Shown piece by piece: positions 33,281 to 43,874 of a stretch of 64,000 nucleotides of DNA. Below the pieces are notes generated by a model. The model ran no database searches. It saw only the letters and a list, made by a program, of their open reading frames with translations, and was not told where the DNA came from. The stretch is from an uncultured Nitrososphaerales archaeon. Lineage in GTDB: Archaea > Thermoproteota > Nitrososphaeria > Nitrososphaerales > Nitrososphaeraceae. The stretch covers positions 576,001-640,000 of the forward strand of contig CAVOHZ010000010.1 in NCBI GenBank assembly GCA_963695855.1, read 5' to 3'. Position 1 is the first letter of the stretch, and every line of letters starts with the position of its first letter. Made by a program: the position numbers and the translations under genes.

Positions 33281-33811
33281 CAATCTTTAGACAGTATAGA
33301 AACCAAATAGGTTTGAAATTTCGAAATATATTGCGGTGATAAATATACCGAAGGGTAGTTATGATTTTTTACCAAATTTTGTAAGGTTCTACAATGCAAT
33401 ATAAGCATGATGTTAATTCCACCTACTCAGAAAGTTAATCTGACTCTATTTAGGAATATATCGTTCAATACAATTATTCATCGTCTAAAAATCTACATTC
33501 ACAATGAAAATTTAGCGTGTGATAAGAATGTCAAAAAAATAGTTTTGGCGAACCTGAATATGACGAAGTTTTTTTATGAAAACAAGTAGATGCTTTAATA
33601 AAATTCATTAAATAATAGAGATACAACTCTTTAAAGGCACATACATAAAAAGAATAATAGCTATAAAAAAATCACAATTCTAACTGGAAGATAGTTCTAT
33701 TTTATTAATAAATATGTTAAACCTTCTCGAAATAATTTCATATAAGCCATATTAACATGATCAACGAAGAATAATAGAATTTTCTATTCAAAAGAGTATA
33801 AAATAAAAAGA

Positions 33812-34036
33812 TCAGGAGGTGCGGTTAGCCCAAGCAATAACGGTGATTGTACTTAAAACTGAACCAATTATTCCTGCAATTAACGCACCGAGTATTGACT
33901 CATCGAGAAATTGCGGTACCATCGTTTCAAACCAAGATGTAATATTCGGAAAAGAGATATAACTTCCGAATCCGATAGTGAACCCTACAAGCCAAAACAT
34001 GAATATCGCTAATTTCCTAGACATTTTAATCACCAT
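33812..34036 (-). CDS. small two-TM membrane protein
   Basis: 74 aa with two hydrophobic helices. Confidence 0.7.
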   Translation of the reverse strand: MVIKMSRKLAIFMFWLVGFTIGFGSYISFPNITSWFETMVPQFLDESILGALIAGIIGSVLSTITVIAWANRTS

Positions 34037-34284
34037 AATATGAAATCAATTTTTTTTCTATATCAGTAAGAAAAACGTTATTTATCATTTTTAGGTTATT
34101 AATGAAGAGGATATTAAGATAGTTTGTTAATATTCATATAATCTAAGGTTTAATAATATTGTACTAGAACGGATTCTCTAGATTAAATCATGACTGTCTA
34201 GCATATAATAAAAAAATAAAGAAGCGTAAAATTAAGCATTAGAAAGTAATAATATTTATAGTAACAATAACTATATGTTCTTGT

Positions 34285-34518
34285 ATGTCTTTAATTTCAT
34301 CTAAGGAACGGATAAACGGAGAAATACTCACGGGAATAGCGCTTGTAATCTTGTCCCTTCTTTTCATATTTGCGGGATCGGTGAACGCGGTTTGGGCGAT
34401 AATACTTCCAGGCGACTATCTCATTTTAATACTAGGTTTAGCGTTTATAGCATTAGGAGTTGTATCAATCATAAGGCATAGAAATCTTCCAGAAGAAACT
34501 AGCACTCATCATCACTAA
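34285..34518 (+). CDS. small two-TM membrane protein with His-rich tail
   Basis: 77 aa, two TMs, ends STHHH. Confidence 0.75.
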   Translation: MSLISSKERINGEILTGIALVILSLLFIFAGSVNAVWAIILPGDYLILILGLAFIALGVVSIIRHRNLPEETSTHHH

Positions 34519-34601
34519 TTTTCAGCAAAATAACAATCCCAATTTATTTTACCATTTTCACAAGTTTTATTAATAGTAATAGTAAATTTCTTATTCATAT
34601 T

Positions 34602-35309
34602 TTGAGTCTCTATTTTCTTTTAATAATTCTGGCAACTTCGTCTATCGGAATGATAAATAACATTCTTGATTCTATTGCAAACCTAATATATGAATTTGGG
34701 TATTTGGGAATTTTTATTGCAGCGCTAGTAGAGACACTGTTTCCTATAATACCCAGTGAATTAATTTTTCCTCTAGCAGGTTACGTTGCACATAGCCAGA
34801 ATCTTGGAATAATTAGTGCAATTACGTTCGGTTTAATTGGATCAATTGGCTCGACAGTTGGGGCTTTAATTATTTATACTGCAGCATTGAAAGTCGGGAG
34901 AAAAGTATTATTAAAAATAGGGAGATACTTTTTGATTAATGAGAAAAAGCTCGAGAAATCTGAATTATGGTTCAAAAATTATGGCAAACTTGCAGTATTT
35001 TTAGGAAGACTTGCACCCGGAGTAAGAGAACTGATCTCAATTCCTGCTGGACTTTCCAGAATGAATATTATTGAATTTACTTTTTTTACCTTCATAGGGT
35101 CTTTTATTTGGAGCCTTTCTCTTACTCTGGTAGGTTATTATCTTGGAGAAGCATGGAATAAATTTTCGAAAGAATCTTCACCCATATTTAACATTCTTGC
35201 AGTCATAATTATTTCCATCCTATCTGGTATTATAGTTTATAGATATTTTAGAAAAAGAAAAAATAAAGGTGGGAAAATAGGCGACTCTACAGATTATTCT
35301 ACAAAATAA
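34602..35309 (+). CDS. DedA family membrane protein
   Basis: PIIPSELIFPLAG, FLGRLAPGVR..ISIPAG. Confidence 0.93.
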   Translation: MSLYFLLIILATSSIGMINNILDSIANLIYEFGYLGIFIAALVETLFPIIPSELIFPLAGYVAHSQNLGIISAITFGLIGSIGSTVGALIIYTAALKVGRKVLLKIGRYFLINEKKLEKSELWFKNYGKLAVFLGRLAPGVRELISIPAGLSRMNIIEFTFFTFIGSFIWSLSLTLVGYYLGEAWNKFSKESSPIFNILAVIIISILSGIIVYRYFRKRKNKGGKIGDSTDYSTK

Positions 35310-35323
35310 TTTTAATAAATCTT

Positions 35324-36352
35324 TTAGATGTGACTGACAATTTTTTTTTCTTGTAATTCTCTACGTAATTCTCTGTAATCCCTATACATTACATCTACTT
35401 CCATTGCGGATTGTAAGATTTTACTTTTCATTTTTGGGGAAGAATTAAAGAACATTCTTGTGTCTTTTGGCAAACAATGCCCACCTATTCCATCTCTTGG
35501 TTCCAGAATTTCGACATTCCATTTAGTATTTAGTGCATCTCGTAATTCAGAAAAATGAACACCAGTTGCTTGACAATATAAATAAAGTTCTTCAGCAAAT
35601 GCTATCTGAAGATACCTATGAGAATTTTCTATAATTTTTGTCAATTCGGCAATTTCTATTGAAGAAACAGGATGCATTTTTATGGACAAGCCAGCTTTTG
35701 AATATATCAAATTTTCTGCAGCGTTTTCCTCATATTTACTAGATTCTGAATCTAGCGGGTCTGGCCCTAGGGAAAAATCCATCTCATTATAAATTTCATA
35801 TCCCGAAGAGAGGGATTTCTTTTCTTGAGATGGTGGATTATTTTCCAAGGTTCCGGTGTAAAAATCTAAACCAGTTTTTAAACAGCAGGGATTAACTCCT
35901 CCTATTACACGTAATTGATTTACACCATATTTTTCTTCATCAAGTGAGTACCACCTATGAGGGGCATGAACTACATGAAACCGATGACCTAACAACTCGA
36001 ATATTCTCCTGGATGTACCTTTAGGAACAGTACTCTCAATTGAGACCAAGGCGCCAATCTTACCTTCTAAGGATATTCTGCTGACTATTGAAAACAAGCT
36101 ATCTATTTGTGGAGAATAAATATCGTGTGGTTTGTGAGTGGATACGCATATGATATATATATCAAATTCTTTGAAACTATCTGTTATCTTGATACTATGA
36201 ATTTGTTCTGCCATAACCATTGCTTCTTTTTTTATATCATAGCCATACACATCAAAACCATTAGCTTTCACAAATTTAGCTACAGGTAAACCCAATTGAC
36301 CTAATCCAATAACTAGAACCTTATTTTCTTGGATAAGAGACATATCAGACAT
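35324..36352 (-). CDS. UDP-glucose/GDP-mannose dehydrogenase-family protein lacking the C-terminal domain
   Basis: GLGQLG, IESTVPKG, K.IENSHR, GGHCLPKD; ends after the central domain. Confidence 0.85.
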   Translation of the reverse strand: MSDMSLIQENKVLVIGLGQLGLPVAKFVKANGFDVYGYDIKKEAMVMAEQIHSIKITDSFKEFDIYIICVSTHKPHDIYSPQIDSLFSIVSRISLEGKIGALVSIESTVPKGTSRRIFELLGHRFHVVHAPHRWYSLDEEKYGVNQLRVIGGVNPCCLKTGLDFYTGTLENNPPSQEKKSLSSGYEIYNEMDFSLGPDPLDSESSKYEENAAENLIYSKAGLSIKMHPVSSIEIAELTKIIENSHRYLQIAFAEELYLYCQATGVHFSELRDALNTKWNVEILEPRDGIGGHCLPKDTRMFFNSSPKMKSKILQSAMEVDVMYRDYRELRRELQEKKIVSHI

Positions 36353-36605
36353 TCGAAAGAAAATTCAATTTTTTTTATTATATATATTGGCGAAAAGAGA
36401 TACTATGATTTTGTATCATAAATTTAAACTATATTTTTATGTAGACGTTTTTTTTATAAATTTTGACATATCAATTGTTAAGAATGCATCTGTTTTACAA
36501 ATTCAGAGTGAAAAATTTATGGATAAATCTCATGTAAAGAAAATCAATTTTGGTATTTAATATAACAAATATAAAAGAAAATAAATTGATTAGAATCTAT
36601 ATCCG

Positions 36606-37406
36606 TTGACATTATTAATTTCTACGCAAAAATTAGATGAATTAATTCAAAAAAAAGATGAAAAGTTAAGGATAATCGATACTAGGTCTTTTGGCGAATA
36701 TGTTTTAGGACATATTCCAGGGTCTATAAACACAGAATTAATGCAATTTCATTGGAGTGATACAACAAAAAATGGTATAAAACAGTTCAATAAACAGAAT
36801 ATTAAGTTATTTTCTAATTTTGGGATAAAAAAGAATACTTTCCTTGTTTTTTATGAAAACGGTTCTGGGCCTTCAGCTGCAAGAGGAGTCTGGCTTTCAT
36901 TATATTTTTCACATAAGAAAGTCGCCATGTTAGACGGAGGATTTGATAAATGGAGAGTTGAAAATAGAGTAATTGCCACAGAAAGTGAGAAATTTCAACA
37001 TAGACGATTTGAAGGTAAACCTAATTCGTCTATACTGGCGGATTTAAATTTTATGAAGAAAGTGATTAAAAAGAAGAAAGATTATCAGATTATTGATGTA
37101 CGCACTTCTGATGAATTTTCAGGACAACAGGTTAGAGCGTGCAGGAGAGGACATATACCTTTGTCTCAGAATATCGAGTGGAATACAAATGTTAAGGATG
37201 GAAGATTTAAGTCGATAAATGAACTAAAAAAAATATACTCAGAGATTTCGCCTGATAAAGAAACAGTTACATATTGTCAGGGCGGATATAGAGCAGCAAA
37301 TACATTTGTTATATTAAGCGAACTTGGGTTTAAAAAGGCGAAATTATATCTTGGATCATGGAATGAATGGGGGAACGATATGAGTCTACCAATTGAGGAT
37401 AATTGA
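36606..37406 (+). CDS. two-domain rhodanese sulfurtransferase
   Basis: GHIPGS, GHIP, YCQGGYRA, YLGSWNEW. Confidence 0.93.
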   Translation: MTLLISTQKLDELIQKKDEKLRIIDTRSFGEYVLGHIPGSINTELMQFHWSDTTKNGIKQFNKQNIKLFSNFGIKKNTFLVFYENGSGPSAARGVWLSLYFSHKKVAMLDGGFDKWRVENRVIATESEKFQHRRFEGKPNSSILADLNFMKKVIKKKKDYQIIDVRTSDEFSGQQVRACRRGHIPLSQNIEWNTNVKDGRFKSINELKKIYSEISPDKETVTYCQGGYRAANTFVILSELGFKKAKLYLGSWNEWGNDMSLPIEDN

Positions 37407-37416
37407 AGTGGTTTCT

Positions 37417-37439
37417 AATAGAATAGAATAGAATAGAAT
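37417..37439. repeat. (AATAG)n microsatellite, about 4.6 copies
   Basis: aatagaatagaatagaatagaat. Confidence 0.85.
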
Positions 37440-37574
37440 TAATCAATTTTGTATTTTTGTTATTGGACTGACTCGATAATCGATCCAATAAACATAGGTC
37501 TATTTATTACTACGAAAACTATAGAGAAACTGTTTATTTGTCATTATCTGACATTAATAAGGTTGGAAAAGACA

Positions 37575-38417
37575 ATGAAGATTAGCGCAGATAATAAACC
37601 GGAACCTTCACTGAAAATCGAGAAACCTAATGACATTGCCAAAACGAGGTTTCTTGTAACTCCTGCAAAACTAAACGTAAGAGAATTAAATGCAGGATTT
37701 CATAAAAAACAAGTTTTAAAAAAAATCAATCTAAATATGAAAGAAAAAAAGGTAACGGCGTTCATTGGTCCTTCCGGATGTGGTAAAACGACATTAATAA
37801 GATGTCTTAACAGAATGCATGAAATGACGAACGGGGCTTTTGTTAAGGGTGAAGTAAATTTAGATAATATTAATATTTACGATCCAAAGATCAATCCGGT
37901 TATTATAAAGAGAAGAATAGGAATGGTATTTCAAAAACCAAATCCCTTTCCTACGATGACTATTTTTGACAATGTTGCATCAGGCTTAAAACTAAATGGG
38001 GTAAGAGATAAGAAGTTGATTTCACAAATAGTGAAAGAGAGTCTTGAAAATGCTGCATTATGGGAAGAGGTAAAGAATGAATTAAATAAACCCGGAATGA
38101 GTTTGTCGGGAGGTCAACAACAAAGACTTTGTATTGCACGAGCTCTAGCCATGCATCCCGAAGTATTACTAATGGACGAACCTACTTCAGCATTGGATCC
38201 AATAGCATCATCCAAGATAGAAGATTTAGTTCATGAACTAAAAAAATATTTGACTATAGTAATAGTTACACATAACATGCAACAGGCTGCGAGGGTATCA
38301 GATTACACTGCTTTTATGTTTTTAGGCGAATTAATTGAATTTGGAGAAACAAAACAAATTTTCGAAAACCCTAGGGAAGAAATGACTGAAAATTATATAT
38401 GTGGAAAATTTGGATAA
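37575..38417 (+). CDS. pstB: phosphate ABC transporter ATP-binding protein
   Basis: [45 protein letters not shown]; start uncertain. Confidence 0.96.
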   Translation: MKISADNKPEPSLKIEKPNDIAKTRFLVTPAKLNVRELNAGFHKKQVLKKINLNMKEKKVTAFIGPSGCGKTTLIRCLNRMHEMTNGAFVKGEVNLDNINIYDPKINPVIIKRRIGMVFQKPNPFPTMTIFDNVASGLKLNGVRDKKLISQIVKESLENAALWEEVKNELNKPGMSLSGGQQQRLCIARALAMHPEVLLMDEPTSALDPIASSKIEDLVHELKKYLTIVIVTHNMQQAARVSDYTAFMFLGELIEFGETKQIFENPREEMTENYICGKFG

Positions 38418-38549
38418 TAATCTAAGCGTCATTATATAGTATAGAACAACGGAACAATATGATTTACATTATTAGTGATCAGTTACGTTTATCAATTATT
38501 TTATACTTATTTACGAGAAAACATCTAGTGAATAAAAGTTTAAAATAAA

Positions 38550-39212
38550 ATGACAAGGCTCTTAGATTTAGGTATTGATAGGATAAATAAGATATTAGAT
38601 GACATGGTACGTCTTGCAGAAAAATCTTTTATAGATGCCATTGATTCTTACAACAAAGGTACTAATTTATCAAAAAATAGTTTCAGGATTTCAGAAAAAT
38701 TAAGAATGTTGCAAGATGAGATTTCAGAAATATCAATAGAGCTTATTGCAAGATACCAGCCAGTAGCTACAGATTTGAGATTCATCAAATCATCCCTTGA
38801 AATTTCATACAATATATCAAGATTTGGACGATATTCTTTTGATATTGTTGATTTAATACAAGAAAGTGGCCCATTAGAAGATTGCGACAAATCTAGAGTA
38901 TTGGAAATCTCAAAAACTGTAAAAGAGATGATTATGATTTGTTCGAATGCGATAGATACGTGGGATATAGGAAAAGTTAAAGAACTATACCAGTTAGAAA
39001 ATAATATTGACAGAGAATATAAAAAATATCTTAGAGATATAATTCAGTCTAGTGAATCTTCATTAAACGAGACCGAAAAGAGACAGAGCTTTAATTGTTA
39101 TCTTACCAGTTTGCTTATTCTACGATATTTTGAAAGAATTTCCGATCATGCGTGTAGTATTGGTGATTCTATTAGTTATATAAAATATGGAAAATCTAGT
39201 CCTAGACTCTAA
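38550..39212 (+). CDS. phoU: phosphate uptake regulator
   Basis: IARYQPVATDLR, ERISDHA. Confidence 0.92.
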   Translation: MTRLLDLGIDRINKILDDMVRLAEKSFIDAIDSYNKGTNLSKNSFRISEKLRMLQDEISEISIELIARYQPVATDLRFIKSSLEISYNISRFGRYSFDIVDLIQESGPLEDCDKSRVLEISKTVKEMIMICSNAIDTWDIGKVKELYQLENNIDREYKKYLRDIIQSSESSLNETEKRQSFNCYLTSLLILRYFERISDHACSIGDSISYIKYGKSSPRL

Positions 39213-39292
39213 AAAACAAAATTATATGATTAGGACATGACAATACTAAATCAAATGTTAAATATTCAGAACAATTCCTTAAAAATAATAAA

Positions 39293-39757
39293 ATGGAAAA
39301 GGTTAGTGATGAAGTAGTAATAAGGGAATTAGAGGAAAGTCACCTTGGAAAAGATTTCCTAGACACTCTTTCAAATTTGGGAGATATTAAAAAATTAAGA
39401 AACGATCAAAAACATATGTTAAAAATTTTTAAAAATATAAAAGAAAAATCAAGTTCAAGAATTTTTGTAGCTTTAATCGATAATAAAATAGTAGGTGCAA
39501 TTACGACAATTATTGAATACAAGTTTATTCATAATGGGGGAAAAGTCTGCCACATTGAAGATGTTGTGACAAGAAAAGGATATGAAAAATTAGGTATTGG
39601 GTCTAGTCTTATCAGAAAGGCAATAGATTTGTCCACCAAAGAAGATTGTTATAAGGTAGTACTAAATTGCTCCGAGAAAAATATCCTATTTTATGAAAAA
39701 AATGGATTTCATAAATATGAGATCGAAATGAGATTTGATATCAACAAGAAAAATTAA
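39293..39757 (+). CDS. GNAT acetyltransferase, glucosamine-6-phosphate N-acetyltransferase (GNA1)-like
   Basis: IEYKFIHNGGKVCHIEDVV, CYKVVLNC, FYEKNGF. Confidence 0.88.
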   Translation: MEKVSDEVVIRELEESHLGKDFLDTLSNLGDIKKLRNDQKHMLKIFKNIKEKSSSRIFVALIDNKIVGAITTIIEYKFIHNGGKVCHIEDVVTRKGYEKLGIGSSLIRKAIDLSTKEDCYKVVLNCSEKNILFYEKNGFHKYEIEMRFDINKKN

Positions 39758-40567
39758 TTGTTGGTTTTTTTTAATTAAACTAGAGGTTGAAATAACTAAA
39801 AGGATAACATTTTTGTTTATAATTTATCATATACTGAGATTAGAAATTTTAATAAATCATCGTATCCAAGATACCCCATTTGAGAATTTCCAAAGATATA
39901 TCTTTCCAATTTTGCTGTATGCATATTGTACCAATTGGCTAGAAGATAATTACTTTTATTTTTGTGATTCTTTAATTTACTAATAATAACAATATACAAG
40001 TTGTTACACATAATTCTAAAAGTAATTTGTTCAAATTAAAACATCCTATTTCTGAACTATGTAGATTCCCCTGTTTATAGACACATTGACAAATAGTATT
40101 GTATTCATAGAACATATCAAATTCAATATAATCATACGTTATAAATTGAATAGATAAAAATCAAAAAAACACCATATAACAAACTACTTTTTGATTAATT
40201 TAATAAGTCTAATCAAGAAATTAATGAATGAAGAATTTTGTCCTTAAAAGAACAAATGGTATTTCTTTTAAAATAGTGTGAATTAATAAAATTGGAAGGT
40301 TATGAGTTTTCTTGATTTTAGTTTCTATTATGAGGAACAGGTTCTTTTAAGAGCTGCAACTGTTTCTTCTTTGACAAAAATATCGTATGCTGTTTCGATT
40401 TCAAAAAGGTATAAACATATTTTTCATTGAATCTATATAAACAAATTGCAGAAGGTATATTAATAAAATTATTTTTTGGTACTTACACCAATACTGACTA
40501 TTTCAAGCAAAATATCAGACTACTGAGGAAGTAATATTAATACGTCCTTTGTTTATTTTTTTATAAT

Positions 40568-41359
40568 ATGTCAAATACACCTATCATGGTTTTTGATTCT
40601 GGAATAGGTTCTATGTCTATAATCAAGGAACTAAGAAAGGAACTACCAAATGAAAATATATTATATTTCGCAGATAGGGCAAATTTTCCATACGGAAACA
40701 AGTCACATAAAAGACTTTTAGAAATTATGAAGAATACTATTAAATACCTGGAGAGATTCAAACCAAAGATAATAATAATAGCTTCCAATACGCCTTCGCT
40801 TCAGATTTTAGATGAAATTAAAGATAAAGTTAATGTTCCTTTACTAGGTGTGAGGCCTCCTCTAAGAGAATCAGTAAAGCTAACGAAAAATAATCACATC
40901 GGAATAATGGCAACAGAATCAGCTATCAATAGTAAGGAGATAGATAAACAAATAAACGATGAAATTCCTCAAAAGATATTTGTTAATAAGTATAACGCAT
41001 CGCCGTTAATAGCCTTGATTGAAAATGGAGATTTTATCAAAAGCAGAAAGAAGATCAGAAACCAAATTCATAGAATTCTAGGGAACATTGAAGATATAGA
41101 TGTCATAACATTATCAAGTACTCATCTTCCTTTCATCGTGGATCAATTATCTGAAGAGTTTCCATCTGTTAAATTTATCGATTCCGCAAAAACGACAGCA
41201 AAAAATGTAAAACAAATTTTGACAGACAACGGATTACGTAACAAAAATAACACTGGAAGGATAAGAATTCTTGTATCGGATGGAAAAGATGAATTTCAGG
41301 AAATGTTAAGATATTTGGGCGTAAAGGAAAATGTACAAGAAGTTTTTTGGTCAATTTAG
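40568..41359 (+). CDS. murI: glutamate racemase homolog with Ser replacing both catalytic Cys
   Basis: FDSGIGS, FPYG, ASNT (canonical ACNT), SSTH (canonical GCTH). Confidence 0.85.
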   Translation: MSNTPIMVFDSGIGSMSIIKELRKELPNENILYFADRANFPYGNKSHKRLLEIMKNTIKYLERFKPKIIIIASNTPSLQILDEIKDKVNVPLLGVRPPLRESVKLTKNNHIGIMATESAINSKEIDKQINDEIPQKIFVNKYNASPLIALIENGDFIKSRKKIRNQIHRILGNIEDIDVITLSSTHLPFIVDQLSEEFPSVKFIDSAKTTAKNVKQILTDNGLRNKNNTGRIRILVSDGKDEFQEMLRYLGVKENVQEVFWSI

Positions 41360-41429
41360 GTAATAGCCAACGAACAAAATATATATTATAAAATTAATCA
41401 AATTAGGCAAACCTAATGTGTATTAATTA

Positions 41430-43550
41430 ATGATTAGGAAAATAAGACTGGGCATAGACGTTGGAGGAACTTTTACTAAAGCTGTTGCTATTGATATTTT
41501 AACGGGAGAGTTATTGGGTAAAATGACAGTTCCCACTACACATAATGCTGATAAGGGGGTAGCCGAAGGTATAGTACTAGCACTTAAAAATTTAATGGAA
41601 ACGTATAGCGTACAAAGATCTGAAATAGAATTAATTTCACATAGTACTACTCAGGCAGTTAATGCGCTTCTTGAAGGAGACACTGCAAAAGTTGGGATTA
41701 TTGGGATGGGAGTAGGACTAGAAAAGTCTAACGTTGTCAAGAGGACCAATATAAAAAATATTGAATTATCTTCAAATAAATATCTACATACATGTTTTAG
41801 ATTTTTAGATACATCAAAATATTTGCAAAAACAGGAAGTTCAAGAAACAATATCATCGCTAAAAGACGAAGGTGCGGAGGTTTTGGTAGTCAGTGAAGCG
41901 TATGGTGTGGATGATCCAAGCAACGAACAATACGTGATGTCATATTCGGATCTTCCTATAACTGGAGGTCATGAGCTTACTGGAATTTATGGTCTTGAGA
42001 TTAGAACTTTGACTGCTGCAATAAATGCAGGTATAATGCCAAAGTCAATAAGTACGGCTAGATATGTTGAGTCTGCTGTAAGGAACGAGAATATAATTTG
42101 TCCTATAATGATAATGAAGGGGGACGGCGGAGTGACAGACATCGAAACTTTTAAAAACAAACCTATTTTGACAATACTATCAGGACCTGCGGCAAGTGTG
42201 GCGGGAGCGTTATTACATTCTCATATTTTGCAGGGATTATTCATTGAAGTTGGAGGAACCTCAACTAATATCTCTATTATAAAAAATGGCAAACCTGAAA
42301 TTCGGTATGTTACCATAATGGATCATCCGACTTGTATTCGTTCAGTGGATGTCAGAGTTGCAGGAGTGGCAGGAGGTTCATTAATAAGAATTTCAGGCAA
42401 AAAAATTATTGATGTAGGTCCTAGGTCAGCTCATATTGCTGGCTTGAAGTATTCCTGTTTTGTCGATCCCACAGAACTTGATAACTCAAGGTTAATAACT
42501 TTTAGACCTAGTGAAAATGATCCGGATAACTATATTTGTATAGAAACAGAGTCAAAAAAATTGATAGCAATAACCAATACCTGTGCAGCAAATGCTCTAG
42601 GATTGATAAAGGAAGGAGATTATGCATCAGGAAATAAAGAGGCAGCTAAAATAGCACTAAACCTCTTGGCAGAAAGAATAGGAGTTAGTAACTATAAGGA
42701 AGCTGCAGAAATAGTATTAGGTTTTTCTATTAAAAAAATTCTACGAATAATTGAACCGATGATTAGAGAATATCAGATAGAAACAGATCAGATGTTCCTA
42801 ATCGGGGGAGGCGGAGGAGCCTCTGCGTTGGTACCGTATATGGCAAATAAGCTAGAATATCAGTTCGAATTAGCTCAAAATGCAGAGGTAATATCATCTA
42901 TAGGAGTGGCTGCAGCAATAATATATGAGGAAATAGAAAAAACCATAAGCCAACCAAAACCTGAAGACGTTTCATTATTAATTGACGAAATTAAAAAAAG
43001 AACCCTCGAAAGAGGAGCGGCACCAGAATCAATTTCAATCCAAACTGAATATATCAATGAGCGTTCATTATTAAGAGGAATAGCATCAGGAAACGTTGAG
43101 TTAGATATCGGAAAAAATAACAAAAGAGAACTGAATTTTGCAGAAGTAGAGAATATTGCAATAAAAGTTCTAGGAAGTAACAAAGTGAAACAAATCCTCA
43201 ATATGAAAAATTATTATGGATTTACCTGCGAAATAATAAAAAAGAATTTTTTTGTCAAAGTAAGGAGAACCCCGATTGTAATATTAGATAAACTAGGCAG
43301 AATAAGATTAATGCTAGAAAATGCAGAAATAATTAATGGAACGAGAGATTTAAAAACCAATATAGAATCATTAGTATATGAATATAGTAACAAAAATAAA
43401 GATGACCTGGCCCCACAAATCCATATTTTGGATGATGTAAAGATCATTGATTTTTCAAGTTTAAGCTCTCCAGAACATCTAATCGAAGCCATAAAAAAAG
43501 AATTCGATAAATTAACTGTCGAAGCCGTAACTATCATTATAAAAAAATAG
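41430..43550 (+). CDS. hydantoinase/oxoprolinase A-family protein
   Basis: GIDVGGTFT, HSTT...NAL, SGPAASVAG, EVGGTST, GGGGG. Confidence 0.9.
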   Translation: MIRKIRLGIDVGGTFTKAVAIDILTGELLGKMTVPTTHNADKGVAEGIVLALKNLMETYSVQRSEIELISHSTTQAVNALLEGDTAKVGIIGMGVGLEKSNVVKRTNIKNIELSSNKYLHTCFRFLDTSKYLQKQEVQETISSLKDEGAEVLVVSEAYGVDDPSNEQYVMSYSDLPITGGHELTGIYGLEIRTLTAAINAGIMPKSISTARYVESAVRNENIICPIMIMKGDGGVTDIETFKNKPILTILSGPAASVAGALLHSHILQGLFIEVGGTSTNISIIKNGKPEIRYVTIMDHPTCIRSVDVRVAGVAGGSLIRISGKKIIDVGPRSAHIAGLKYSCFVDPTELDNSRLITFRPSENDPDNYICIETESKKLIAITNTCAANALGLIKEGDYASGNKEAAKIALNLLAERIGVSNYKEAAEIVLGFSIKKILRIIEPMIREYQIETDQMFLIGGGGGASALVPYMANKLEYQFELAQNAEVISSIGVAAAIIYEEIEKTISQPKPEDVSLLIDEIKKRTLERGAAPESISIQTEYINERSLLRGIASGNVELDIGKNNKRELNFAEVENIAIKVLGSNKVKQILNMKNYYGFTCEIIKKNFFVKVRRTPIVILDKLGRIRLMLENAEIINGTRDLKTNIESLVYEYSNKNKDDLAPQIHILDDVKIIDFSSLSSPEHLIEAIKKEFDKLTVEAVTIIIKK

Positions 43551-43874
43551 AAGGGTAGAACAGAACATCATCATATGAGAGAATTCTTAAATCTACAAAA
43601 AATCTTTCCTAAAATATTCCAATTTTCAATTTCTATTACTAGGTATTTCATTAATTGATAATTGTTTTACAAAAATGGACAATTACTAGTACATTTAACC
43701 TTAATCAAATATAGTCTTATTTATTTATAATTTCAAAAATTATTTTTAACAAATTCCTGCTCTTTTGTTCAATAAAAAAACTGTAGATGGAAAAAAATAA
43801 TTAAAATAATCATTAACCAGAATATAGCGGACCTCATAAGGTTTTTATGATTCGATTAGTTTTATTGCTATTAT

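Noticed and set aside
33407-33589. 60-aa ORF
   Set aside because: No motif or other coding support
39760-40560. ~800-bp gap with small ORFs 39735-39983 and 39817-40011
   Set aside because: Low-complexity AT-rich translations; no motif, repeat or RNA structure found
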